Assembly: GCA_964019335.1 (NCBI GenBank)
Contig: OZ025724.1
Location: 62,001 to 126,000 of the forward strand
Direction of reading: 5' to 3'
From: Diplonema japonicum
Lineage: Eukaryota; Protista; Euglenozoa: Diplonemea
Length of the DNA: 64,000 bases
The notes beneath the pieces are model-generated. The model saw only the letters and a program-made list of their open reading frames with translations, was not told the DNA's origin and made no database searches. Both the position numbers and the translations under genes were made by a program. Position 1 is the stretch's first letter, and each line of letters begins with the position of its first letter. This document shows, one piece after another, positions 21,141-32,900 of this stretch.

Positions 21141-21600
21141 TTTGTACTGGAAACTATAATCATACAGTCGGGGAAATGAAACAAAAGTTAAAATACTGAA
21201 CAACAAAAAGAATTGACGAACGGAAAAATGCGAACGCGAAAAAAAGCACGAACCTGTTTTCCCATCTTTTCTCTTCATGAAGCAGCCTGGGATGCCCAGT
21301 AGTTCCATGAAGGCCAGCTGGGCCTCGTGCTTCCGGAAGTACCTTTCGATCTCTGCCACTGCCAGGGAAGGGGTGGGAAGAAGAGGCCACCACCTCTCAA
21401 GAAGCCGAGAAATTCTTTTTTCATCGGACTCATCCCCCTGAACGGGACGAATGGTAAACCAACAAATTCCCGAACGCGAGAAAAGCGCGAACGTTTGCTC
21501 CGTTCGTCAGTTTTTGTCGTGCAGTGACTACTACGGATGGAAAGCGCTTGAGGGCAAAGACGCCTTGGAATACGGTTGCAGCGGTCAAAACCGCGGTCTC

Positions 21601-22219
21601 TACTTGTGATTTTTTTATTTTATTATTTTTTTTTTCTAAAGGGGGGGGGGTGGGGGGATCTAGGGGCTGGGGGTGGGGATTCATACTGCCCAACCAGTTA
21701 GTCTGGTTGGGTCGGCCCTGGCGTCGTGTGCAGCCTGGCGGCCTGTCGGGGTTCCTTCTCCCTGCGGTTTGCACGGTCACCTCCTCTTGCGTTCCGTCTT
21801 GGATCCATTTTTTATTCTTTTTTTTTAAAGTGTGTGTTGGGGGGGAGGGGATCCTTTCGGTAAGCGGCGGGCAGGCCGACGGGCAAAACAACCCCCCCGG
21901 ACGACGGCGACGACGGACGACGGACGCAGCGGCAAACCCAGGCAGAGGCGGCAGGCAGAAACTGTAGCTTTAGAATCGTTGGTCTCTCTCGCGTCGGCCT
22001 CGCTCTCTCGCGTCGGCCTCGACCTGCTCCCAGCCTAGTCTCGCCCGCGCTACCTGCACCCACGAAGGTGCTGCCCCCTGCTGGGGTTTTTGCTCTCCTC
22101 CTGAGGGAGAAGACCCAGGGCCACCACTTGGAGGTTCCCCAGCCATGATTGATTGTGATTTTGTTAATTTCAACCCAATATCCAGCCCCTGAAATAATAA
22201 AATAAAAAAATCACAAGTA
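21601..22219. repeat. ~620-bp segment bounded by 28-bp perfect inverted repeats
   Basis: tacttgtgatttttttattttattattt (21601-21628) is the reverse complement of 22192-22219; aggggctgg also recurs internal to both ends. Confidence 0.75.
21956..21983 (-). other. Spliced-leader exon fragment (diplonemid-type, about nt 2-29)
   Basis: Minus strand reads ACCAACGATTCTAAAGCTACAGTTTCTG. The diplonemid SL exon as I recall it is AACCAACGATTTAAAAGCTACAGTTTCTGTACTTTATTG, giving 26/28 identity. The reference is from memory. Confidence 0.7.
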
Positions 22220-22641
22220 CCCCGGGTGTTGGGCTCTTCACGGTACTCTTCAAAAGTTAAAGCAACTAAGGAATTGAGGGATTTTTTGGGAAATGATGAA
22301 GGTGATGAAAGAGAGAAGTTGTTTACTTGTTCCAGCAAATAAAAAAAAAAGAATTCATTATCGGCAACTTTCTTCTTAATAAAGAGATTATTTGTTAACG
22401 CATAACGCTGCTAACCTTCTTGCTGATAACTACAATAACAAGTGTTTCTGTTCACTTATAATATAAAAAAAAGAGGAAAATAAAAAAGAATTCGATAAAG
22501 TTTCAGTGTGCATGGGGGGTGCTCACTGTTCAAAAAAAATAAAAAGAGACTTTAAGGGCGCCCTGCTCAAGCATCTTCTACTTGATTACAGGGTTATGCC
22601 ACCCAAAAAACTGGACACCCCACTACATAAGCATGATAATT

Positions 22642-24997
22642 TCAAACACCGCTGCAATTTTCATCAGACAAGACACGTGCGTCATCAAATTGCCCGTTCT
22701 CCACTGCATTCCTCTTCCTCTCCCTCAACTTCCTCGATCTGTAACCCCAATAGACCGCTATGCTGATGACAGCGACGCCGATGAGGGACACCACCACGAT
22801 GAGGACAGTGTTCTTCGAGGGAGCTGCTTCTGATACGGCTATAGAGATAGAACCGGTTGCTGTGGCACTAGCAGTTATCGTGACACTGGCAGACATAGAA
22901 TCAGATCCCGTCAAGGTCTCTGTGCTTGTTGTAGAAAGCGATATCGTCTCCGTCTCTGTTTGCGTCAACATGAATTCTTCGAAAATATGAAGCCCGTAGG
23001 AAGCAACATAAACCTTCCCATCGGAAACGGTAACACAGAGCTGGTTTTTTATAGGAGCAGCAATGAAGTATCGGGCCACAGCAGTGATGCTGCGCGGGTT
23101 GCTTACATCGAGGACAATCAGCACAAGATACGTAGTCGCAAGATAGACTGTGGTCCCGTTCACAGCGAAGTCCATGAAAATCCAAGCGTCTTTTCTATAA
23201 CCCCCCATACCATTCTCGAACGTGTCCGTCACGTCATGGCTTGGAATTGGTGAGTCCCCAATGTAAATGATACCAAAGGTCCCACTACATAAATAGTAGA
23301 CATAATTGCCTTTCACAACGATGTTCAATGCTTGATTCCTACATGGGATCTCAACGTCTGTGAACAGTGACACGGGGGACAACGGGTTACTCACGTTAAC
23401 GGCGGAGAAAAAAGAAGGATAAGAAGCCGTGGTGCTTCTTAGCCCGAAAGCAACGCCGTCTTTGACATCAACTAAGCCAATGTTGGTGGAGTTGCTTAAG
23501 AACTCGGGAGACGAGGGATCACTCACATTGACGATGTAGAGGAGCGACCCTGCAAGATAAGCTGTTGGCCCCACAACTGCAAGCTGTTGGACCCACACGT
23601 CTACGCTCCCGATCACAACGATTCGCTGGGTCGCTCACACTTATGATCTGAGTAGAATTGTTGGCGGGTATCATCGCCGTTGTCCCTGAGAACCAATACT
23701 TCCTGACCCCAAGAAAAAATCCCAGTGAATCGAATGTATAATCGCCCAGAAGCACCACGGAAGACGCATCGCTTATATTTTGAACTTCAATGCTTGGCAA
23801 CGCTTCGAGTGATTGTTCATAACTATTTGGAACGGATGTGATTGCCAATGAGCCGGACACCTGCACAGTAGACAGACTATCTGTGTGGTTGTAGGAACCC
23901 ATAGGTTGAGGTGAACTGGGGTTGCTCACGTCGAAGATCACCAGATTATCACCGACCCCAGCAACTATGTTTTTTCCTGAGGAAGAGAGGGTTGATACAC
24001 CGGCGAAAGAGGTGTTCCCCACCACCACGGGCACTGCAGGGTTGCTCACGTCGACAGCAATGATACCAGCTCTGTTGCCTTGCGGGATTCCAACATAAGC
24101 CGTATCCCCCAATACGGTTAAACTTAACGTGCCCACAAAAATGTTCAGTTCCACTTGTATCGATAAATTACCAACCACCTTTGGGGCCGAAGGTGTAGAA
24201 ACATCGATGATGGAAAGGGCCGGGGTGTTAGGCGGCGTTATACCAACAAAATAGAGATAAGATCCAGAGGAAGAAGCAAGGAATGTCGGGCTATTCCACC
24301 TAATGAAAGGTTCAAGAGTAAGCTGACCTAAAAGTTGAACAGGGTCTGGGAGGCTCGATATGTTATACAGACTCAGCACCCCTTCTTGTTCTTTCAGGTC
24401 TCCGAATGAGAACAGCGTGTTTGCAGTTACGCAGAAAGAAAACACGTTGTAGCCAGTGACAATGGTTGTTAGCCTGGGCAATGACGGTATGCTCACATCT
24501 ATCACATCGATGTTGCAGAATTTGATTCCTTCGTTGGTGTCGCTGGGGATGAGTACAAACACGTAATTCCCTGAAGCAGCTAAAAAATATCCATTATAAG
24601 GGATTGCGGGATAAGTAGCCAGTTGCCTCGGCGACGAAGGCGTGCTCACATCAATAATCGTGAAGCCGATATGAATTACGTCCCACCGTGGATCATCGTG
24701 ATAGATATTTTCGGCTGTAATGAAAGCCGTTGTGCCCACCACAGTCACCGTGTGTACTGACGAATTGCACCCAGTGCAACTATCACTGCCTCCCAGCAGC
24801 TTCGGCGACGACGTATTGCTGACATCGAAAATCTTGAGACCCGTGAATTCGCTTGCGACATAAGAGATGTTCCCGATCGTTTGCACATCATTAACAGTGT
24901 CAAAGCCTTCGATACCTCCAATGTAACTGAGACGTGCTCGCGGTGACGCGCTCACGTAAAGGGCTGCCTGCAACAACATGAGCTGAAACAACTTCAT
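22642..24997 (-). CDS. LVIVD-repeat (beta-propeller) type I membrane protein, with one frameshift near 23620
   Basis: Signal peptide MKLFQLMLL, many (L/I)xI(F/I)DVSxPxxP repeats, Ser/Thr stalk, TM and basic tail. The two ORFs join at DPAN/VVIGSV with no GT-AG intron, so this is a real frameshift or a sequencing error. Confidence 0.75.
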
Positions 24998-25243
24998 TTC
25001 TTTTTTTTTTTTTAAAATTAATCTCTTCAGAGTAGGGGGCCTATGTCTAGCGGGGAAATCGTACAAGAGTAAGGAGGACAGCCCTTGAAAACAAGAAACG
25101 TGAATAAGAGAGGAGGGTATCAACGGAAGAGAGAGAACTCTTCAGTTGGCGGGGTACACACTGTCGTTCAACAGTGCTGAGAATGAAATGTTAGGGGCTT
25201 CATCTACTCTATGCTAACTTCGAGCAGAGATGTTCGGGGTTAG

Positions 25244-26943
25244 TTAACCATCTACTAACGAGCGTCTATATATAGACGATTTGAAAAAAGATCTTTACGC
25301 AAAGGGCTTTCAATGCAATACGGCCCGGCCCTTTCTTGCCGGCGGGGTCAATTTACCCTTAAAAATCACTTCAAAAAAAGGCGCCCGGAAAGAGGTTGGA
25401 AGAGGACGTTATGAGTGCTGGCAGCACTGATGGCTCATCCCTATTATGCAATTTTGATACAAACAGTGATTCTGACACGAATTCGACCGGGTGATTGGAC
25501 GGCAAAGCCGGAGCAATCGGAAGGCATCCGGTTTCGTGAAGATCGGAATCCTTGTGGACCCTGTTATGACATCAAAGGCTCAACGCCATACCATATATTC
25601 TCCCAAATGCTCGTCCCAAACGTTATTCGGGTCATAACTTCGAACAATGTGGCAAATGCGGCTAAAAAAGGTGTCTCCCTGGATCTCGATGCTGCTTCTT
25701 TGCGTACCTTCCTAGGGGTCCATTTGTCGACGGACTTGGATATCAAGCCAGATTATTCTGATTACTGGTGCACTGGCTCCACGTCTCTCAACTACACCCC
25801 TGGGTACGCTGCTGTCATGTCAAGAGACCGCTTTTTGACTATTCTGGGAAATCTGTGTTTCCACAGCGAAACAAACAAGCGTGCTGACTTCTACCTATCG
25901 CAAAGGCCTCTCGGAGATCATGGATGCCCCAAAGAAGCGAGGCCGCAAGCCCAAGGACGCGCATCCCGAGGGGACACCCAGTTCCACCAGCACGCGAGCA
26001 TCCTTTGCACCACAACGTGGCATGACATCAAGCCTGTGTGCTTTCTATCGACGTTGGATGTTCCGGTGAAGTCAAATTTGACGTGTCCGCCGCAGAATGA
26101 AAGCCGGAATGGACATCCCGCTCCCCACCAAGTGCATATTTACAACACCACAACGGGCGGAACCGACGCTGGGTGATGCTGTGACAAAACGCCATAAATG
26201 CACCCTTCTGACTTAAAAGTGGCCCCTAAAAGTATTTTCGTACTTGTTAGGTAAATCTCTGGCAAATGCTTGGCTTGTTTGGAAAGAAGCCTTGCCCCCT
26301 AACGCCCTGAGTACGAACGACAGTGGATTTACGCCTTTCAAAGAGGCAGTCATCGAAGGGCTACTAAGGAGGCTGTCTAAACAACAGATAAAGTCAACTA
26401 CAGAGCAGGCTGCCCCAATACCATGCCCCGAAACACAGAACGAGTGCCCTGAGACCCCAATGCGCCGTGACAGAACCTTCTGGGACCATTTCCCCGAAAA
26501 AGTAGTGCAACGTGCGGTGCAAGCATTGCAAGTCGAAAAGACCCCTATTTCAGTGTTCAGCCTGCTTGGTACAACTTTACGTGACTCCGTGCATGCTTCA
26601 AAGACTACCACCTTGCCGGGGATACCCCCCAGAAACCCCTCTCGGGGTCAAAAAAGAAGTCCCCCAGCCCTGGGGCACGTACGAACCGCGTCAAGAAGGC
26701 CTTAAATAGCTTTTTATAGAATTTTACAGTCGATTTTTTTTGACTTGTTTTTTGTACCCCCTATCGGGCACTTCAGGAACGATATTTTTGACAATGTTGT
26801 GGGGTGGACCCTCTCTCTAGAATTGGGACATCTGGAGGCATTTCCGGGGCATATAGCCCCGGCGTTGCGCTAGAATAGCTTTTTTTGAAGTTTTGAAAAT
26901 ATACCCCCTGGTGGGCAAAAATGGTCCGTTGGTAGATGGTTAA
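25244..26943 (+). mobile_element. Internally deleted piggyBac transposon
   Basis: TTAA at 25244-47 and 26940-43; 13-bp TIR ccatctactaacg / cgttggtagatgg (12/13). Transposase fragments YW...MSRDRF..I, WHDIKPVCFLST, YN...GGTD, KWPLKVF...ANAW and a C-terminal Cys-rich domain. Confidence 0.9.
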
Positions 26944-27051
26944 AAGACGTTCCGTCTCGTGCATATGGACGGGCTAGATGAACATCTAAGCGAGTGAAAT
27001 AACAACGTCTTTCTCATAACTTGAGCACTTTTCAGCTACGTTGCACCATCA

Positions 27052-28449
27052 TCAGTTCTTGAGATTCGCGGGCTTAGGTTCAGGCTCAGGTGTGGACGGT
27101 TCGGGTTTCACCACTGGGTCCACACGAAGAAGTGGTTCTGGTACTGCTGGATAAACACGATTGGGAGTAACAGGGCCCTGTTGAGACACGACGAGCCCAC
27201 CACAGGAACCAAGACACCTCTCGTTGCAGTAAGGGGCATGACCCTTTGTGGAGATGTTGTTGCACCGCTTCCACAAACTGTTAATGCTGTGCACCTCGGA
27301 TGTCATCTTCTCAAGGTTGTCTGTGGTCACAGCGTTCGGGAGGAGGATCCCTTTGGGTGGATGGCCGAGGTGCGACATGTCCATATGGACCGCGACGTAG
27401 TTCTTCTTCTTCCACGTCTTTTCAACACTTGCAACAGAAGGGGCGAGGAGTGTGGTGCACGTTTCGCATTTGTAATTCGTACCGTTTTGGAAGTGAAAGC
27501 ACTCGGAACACGCGTACATCGAGACACGTGTCCTCTTAATGGTACACGTCATGTCATCCTTCTTGTGCGCCCCAATGACGAGCCCTGCGAGCAGTATCGC
27601 CGTGCACTCCGACCCGATGTTGTCCTTTGTACAGCTGATTGTGAGGTACGGTTCCTTCACCACAGAAACAAACAGGGCTTCGCACGACCCGCACATCCCG
27701 CATTCAGGCATGGACGAGCTCTTGCAATGCGGACAGGTCTCCACCACCTTCTTGAAGTACGTTGTGGTCTTCTCGTTGTCAGTGAGGTTCTGTCCGTAGC
27801 TCGACACGTTGCCCGCGAAATTCTTCGTCCTGTCCATGAAGGTGCTCGTGCTGGGTGCGGTGTAGTGGAGGCGAGGAAGCCCAGTCAGAACCCTGGCAAG
27901 GTCTTCTGCAGCGAGAGTGCTCCGACTGTAGCGCTTGTCATGTGCATACCACAGCACGCTGTCGGGTGTTCGGTCACCAGACTTGGGGAACACCATGACA
28001 AAGCCAGTTGCAGGGGTGTCGGGGAGGACAACAGGAGGGTCCTTGACCTTCTCCACGGTGACCACCACCTTTGCAGGGGTATACAGCTCGTTGAAAAAGT
28101 TTGCTGCTGTGCAAGCCTGTCTGTAGGACTCACTGCCAGCCAACTGGCTCGAGATGCAGACCACAAGCTCCTTTGCATCGTTCTTCTCATGCTCGTGCTT
28201 CTTGCACACCGCGACGGGGATGAGACCACTTGCGTCTGTTCTCCGGTACTCCAGGTCTGTCCTGGACCGATGTTCCCCACACTGCCGGCATATGTTTTGT
28301 CCTTTTCCATCTCCAATCGTCTTAATCATGGAAACAGGCAAAAGCTCTTCATCTGAAGGGAAGCAGGAGCAAGCCGCTGCCGTATCAGGTATGGCTTCCA
28401 AGCATGTTAAGCACGTGCGTAGCAAAGCCTCATGGCGAGAAGATGGCAT
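27052..28449 (-). CDS. Cys-rich protein paralog 2 (different N-terminus, truncated C-terminus)
   Basis: Identical to paralog 1 over about 1.2 kb (offset 7324). A 20-nt remnant of the lost 3' part lies at 27023-27042 and equals 19412-19431. Confidence 0.65.
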   Translation of the reverse strand: MPSSRHEALLRTCLTCLEAIPDTAAACSCFPSDEELLPVSMIKTIGDGKGQNICRQCGEHRSRTDLEYRRTDASGLIPVAVCKKHEHEKNDAKELVVCISSQLAGSESYRQACTAANFFNELYTPAKVVVTVEKVKDPPVVLPDTPATGFVMVFPKSGDRTPDSVLWYAHDKRYSRSTLAAEDLARVLTGLPRLHYTAPSTSTFMDRTKNFAGNVSSYGQNLTDNEKTTTYFKKVVETCPHCKSSSMPECGMCGSCEALFVSVVKEPYLTISCTKDNIGSECTAILLAGLVIGAHKKDDMTCTIKRTRVSMYACSECFHFQNGTNYKCETCTTLLAPSVASVEKTWKKKNYVAVHMDMSHLGHPPKGILLPNAVTTDNLEKMTSEVHSINSLWKRCNNISTKGHAPYCNERCLGSCGGLVVSQQGPVTPNRVYPAVPEPLLRVDPVVKPEPSTPEPEPKPANLKN

Positions 28450-28535
28450 TTAAATCTGAAGATGGTAGTAAAGGGATTTGGCAGGTGTTGACACAGCTAT
28501 GCGACAGAATTCACTTTTCTTCACCTTCTCTCTTT

Positions 28536-29066
28536 TTAAAACCCGGTCCTGCTGTGCACAAGGATGATGTGGTACCCGAATTGTGTGTATACAGGTTTGG
28601 TAGGCACGCCGATGTCGGCGTTAATACAAGCAGTCTCGAAAATGGGGTCCATCCTGTGGGTTTCGTACAGTCTCTCTCTTGCTTTCTTCCATACATGTTG
28701 AGACCAAAGCTCCCCAAACTGCCCCCGCTTTGCTTCCCACTGGGACAGACACTGTGGGCAGTTGCTAGCTGTTTGAACTTCTGTTTTGTTTATAAGAATT
28801 TGGGGGTAATCTTTTTTTTTTTTTTACGCACCGTTTCAACGTTCTCTTTGTCCTCTGTTGTCAGTGTTTGATATAAGTCAGCTGCCACGTTCTCCTCCTT
28901 CACCAAGATGTGGCTTGCATTTATAGAAGGGCCCTGCTTTTTGTATTATTGTTTATTAGGTTGCTTTTTGTCCCCCCCGTGCCTATGCTACCTGTCCCTT
29001 CATGAACATCATCATCATCAGTATCACCGCTACCGCCACTAGAACATGAACTGGGTCGATGTCCAT
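28536..29066 (-). CDS. Parvulin (PpiC-type) peptidyl-prolyl isomerase with N-terminal hydrophobic anchor; join(29066..28992,28933..28832,28780..28695,28653..28536), 126 aa
   Basis: Not assembled in the ORF track. Splicing three GT-AG introns (58, 51, 41 nt) gives ...ASHILVKEE...KFKQLATAHSVCPSGKQSGGSLGSFG..M...F...PVYTQFGYHIILV, the parvulin signature. Confidence 0.9.
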
Positions 29067-29816
29067 TTTTAGTTTAATTTTTCTAATTTTTTTCCGGCTG
29101 TTGTTTGTTAGAGCTGTTTTGGGGGGAAAGTCAAAAAAAGAAAAAGTCGCTTCATTTGCTTTCGATACTCGCAAAACAAACAAAAAAGTAACTTTTTGCA
29201 AAAAAATGAGTTGAAAAGGAGATCTTTGCGAGCGCACCTTTTGTTCTCATCCACTACCTGAAACAAAAACAAAAAAAAACAAAAAAAAGAATGCAGCCCA
29301 ATAAACCCGTAGCACCTGATGACGGTTTTACAGGGATTTCTTATGAGAGTGATATGAATCGGTGTCAAAAAAAAAATGCTCTTGGACCATAGTCTCAAAA
29401 GAATGTTCCAGCGATTCCGAGAGGCAAGGTAATAAAAAAGAAAAGGGGTTGCAGTATGTAAAAAGAGTTGCATAATAGTTCTTTGTGCACAGCCGGGGGT
29501 TTAACCTGTAGAGGGATAAGCCCAACATGCTACCACTACTCTTTTCTTTTTTTTTTTTTATAGCAAAAATACAATTCATTATCAAAATATATATTGTTTT
29601 TCCTTATTCAAAGCAAAATTTAAAAAAAAAAAAAATATATATATATGAGTTAAAGGAGGCCGGTGTTGGCGGCGCCTCCCCAAAAAAAAAAGGGGGTTAG
29701 CAGGGAGAAAAAAAAAAAAAAAAGAGATGAGATAAAGGAGGTTCCTGTTTTGGAACGTCCCCCTTGTCTCTACTTATCTACCCCTTTCTCCCTTCTGGGG
29801 CCTCGGCCTTTCTTAA

Positions 29817-29930
29817 AAAAAAACTAGTTTGGCGCTCCATTTGTTTGTGCGCACGAGCGGAATTTTACCTAATAAAATAGCTCATTACGCTGCCATCAAC
29901 TAGTTTTTAGTCTCGACAATAATGTTGTTA
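29817..29930. repeat. ~115-bp direct repeat, copy 1 (copy 2 at 35223-35336), flanking the NACHT gene
   Basis: aaaactagtttggcgctccatttgtttgtgcgcacg...gctgccatcaactagtttttagtctcgacaataat..tgttaa, near-identical in both copies. Confidence 0.9.
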
Positions 29931-29988
29931 AAACAAAAAAGAGAGAGAAAGAAAAAAAATGTGTTGTCCCCCCACCGGATATGCAACA

Positions 29989-32900
29989 TCAAGAAGTGCA
30001 AAACCGCACGCACGAAGTGCTGCAGCCACCACTGCTCACCTTCTCAGAGACCGCCAACGTCCGGTGGATCTGCTTACTCTCCTGCGACGATTGCACGGCC
30101 CCGTAAGATTTTGCAAGCTGCCAAAAGTGTTTATTACAAGTCCGCGTGTCCACCTTTGCAGCACTGACACTAAAGCTCGGTTGGCACACCCTTCGCAACA
30201 GCTTGAACTCTGTATTCGAGGGGCTGTATGCAGCGAGAAGCGGAGTTAAACTACTCAACTGCCCACGGCCGTACACCTCAATAGCCCAGTTTGTTCCTGA
30301 ACAAACAAAAGCGGCAGCAAGAGTAGGATGCCATGACAAAGACTTCACAGTCCCTACATCAGGATGAACTTCACACTGTTCACCACTACATATGTTCATC
30401 ACAGTGATGTGCGTGCTATAGTATACCCCCAGGACTGTCGGGTCCGTTTTGTTCCAAGCAGCGCCCTCGATGTTGCTGTTGACTGTTCTTGTGAGTAACG
30501 GTGTGCTGCAGCCTGCTTCGACGTCCCACACCTTGATTTCCTTCTCCGAGACCGTTACAAGCTTCGTTCCGTCGCAGTTCCACTCCGTCCGCTGCGCTCC
30601 CTCGTGCGGAAACTTGCTCACAACTGTTCCAGTAGCTCCCCGTAGTGTGCCTGCACCGCGTTCTAATAACACGCTCATCAGATCTTTGTCCACAACGGGG
30701 TTCTTCCTGAAGTGTTCTCCTGTTTTCAACACTTCTTTCACCTCACCGCTTGTCACGTTGTACGTTGATAGCATCTCCGTGTTTTGTGTAAAGTACACCT
30801 TGTCGCCTGTAGGGCACCACTCGAAGTATTTGACGTCCTGTTCTTCAAGTGACCACCGTCTGACCCCTGTGCATGTGTTGTAGCATGTCAGCGATTTTGT
30901 ATCCGACCCTATCATAGCTTGCCCGTCGAGTGGGTGGTACTGCAGCCGTGTTACCTGTTCCGTGCTGCTCTTTGACAAGAGGTCGCCCGAGGGGACGTGC
31001 CATGTTCGTATCGTACCATCCGAGCTCCCTGTCCCTATCACGCCTTCCATAGAGGGGTGCCAGTCTACGCTTGTCACTGTGCCTGTGTGCGAAGGCTTCT
31101 CTTTGCTTTTCAAGCTCTCTCTTTCGTCCCTGTTGCCGCCGTAGGTGAATCGCAAGTTGCCACCAGAACACCCTGATGCCAGAATGGGTCTTGTACGGTG
31201 GCATTCCACTGTATTCACACTCTCAATGTGCCCTTCGCACCTATGGACGACTGTCTCAGTCACAGAGTTTATGATGCGGACTAAAGCATCTGAGGCACCT
31301 GCGGCAAGCATCGTGGAGGGTGTCTCGGGACACCTGTTGGGTGTGTTTTTGAAATTCTTTTTTTTTATTTGTGCATACCGTGCCCAGGACATCTTTTTGA
31401 AGTAGTGCCCGAAAGGGAGGGTGGTCGCTATCGACTTCAAGAAGGACTTGGTGCCGTAGCTGTAGAGGTCGATGCGACCGGACTTGGCAGCCACAGCCAT
31501 CTGGCTACGCTCTGCGTTGAAGGCGATGTCTGTTACCTGTGCGTGGTGGTCGTGGGTTGCTGAATCGTGCATACCTCGGCATCGAGCTCCTCACGCCACA
31601 CCACTTGCATCTTGCCAACATCAACGATGGAGAAGGACCTATCAGCGCACCAGACTGCGGCTGTCTCACCGTCCTTAAGGGACGACCTCACCCCAAGTAC
31701 GTTACTGTCGAGCTCCAAATTTTTTCTCTTCCGTTTCGCCGCGCAGGAGGTGCTGAGCTCAGGAAAGGCGAACAGAGTCATCCCGGCTGATGCGAGGAGA
31801 GCGGGGTGCTTTGTTGCGGTGTAGGCAATGCCCGTCACCCGCTTCGAGAGGCAGCCAATAGATGTGGTCCCGCCTTTGCTGAAGTTCCATAAGAAGAGCC
31901 CGCCATCGTCGGAGCCCACTGTAAGCTGCGCTTTTTCATTCGGGTGCCACGCGATGCACGACGCGCTACCAAGTTCGCCCATCACGCGCACAGCATCCAC
32001 GTCATAGATGACTATCCGGTTCTCGCTTAGCACGGCAATGATCTGAGGCATCAAGCCGTTCCACGCGGAGTCCAGCACCTTGCCATGTTCTTGCAACATG
32101 GGAAACAGACCTGTCCTCAGCGGCAGCCTGGCAGTCGAAGAATTGCACACCCAGTCGTCCAAGTGTGCTTCTGTGAAATCGCACCCATCGAGGTTTGCTT
32201 GTCTTATATCAACACCGCGAAGGTCTGCACCCCTGAAAGACGCGCCTTTAAATTGCCCTCTGAACAGCCTTGCGCTGGGTATTTTCACACCCGAGAAGTC
32301 CGCGCCGCCCAAGTCGATCCCAGTCGCCACCAGCAGGGACATGCTGTTCACCGCAGTGTTGCATTTCCCTGCGCCGCTCCAGTCCCGTGACAGATCGATG
32401 TTGTCCCATAATTTCTGGATGACGGTTTTGCCCTCTGTGATGTCCTTGCGGAGTCTGGAGCGCACCGCTTCTCCGAAAAAGTCGAGCACCAAAGAATTCC
32501 CGCATGCCAGAGACCAGTGGTCCAAGAGGCTCACACAGCCGAGATCGTCGTCCTCTGCGAGACATTTGTACAATGTGCGAGCAAGGAGGAACTCGTGGAT
32601 AGACCTGTGCACGAACGAGAACATCCCCTGAGGATCTTCGGGATCCTCCAAACGCAACGGCGCGCATGTGAGCAACAGCATCGCGGTATCAATGGACAGG
32701 TTCATAGACTTTGCCACGGCGGCGGTGTGGGGGGCGACCTCACCATGCCAGGAGTCCTTATGGAAGAGGGACAAGGCAAGCTTCTCGCAGAATGTAAACA
32801 GGTACTCTATTTTGTCATCTTGACTCTCGGGCAGTGCGTGTTTGTGCACCTCCAGATTTAGGCGTTTGAGTTTCCTCTCGATTTGTAAGCTGCACCATGT

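Noticed and set aside
31533-31574. Programmed frameshift or pseudogenisation between the NACHT and WD40 ORFs
   Set aside because: A 38-nt GTATGC...CACAG intron explains the frame change and restores a normal WD40 repeat.
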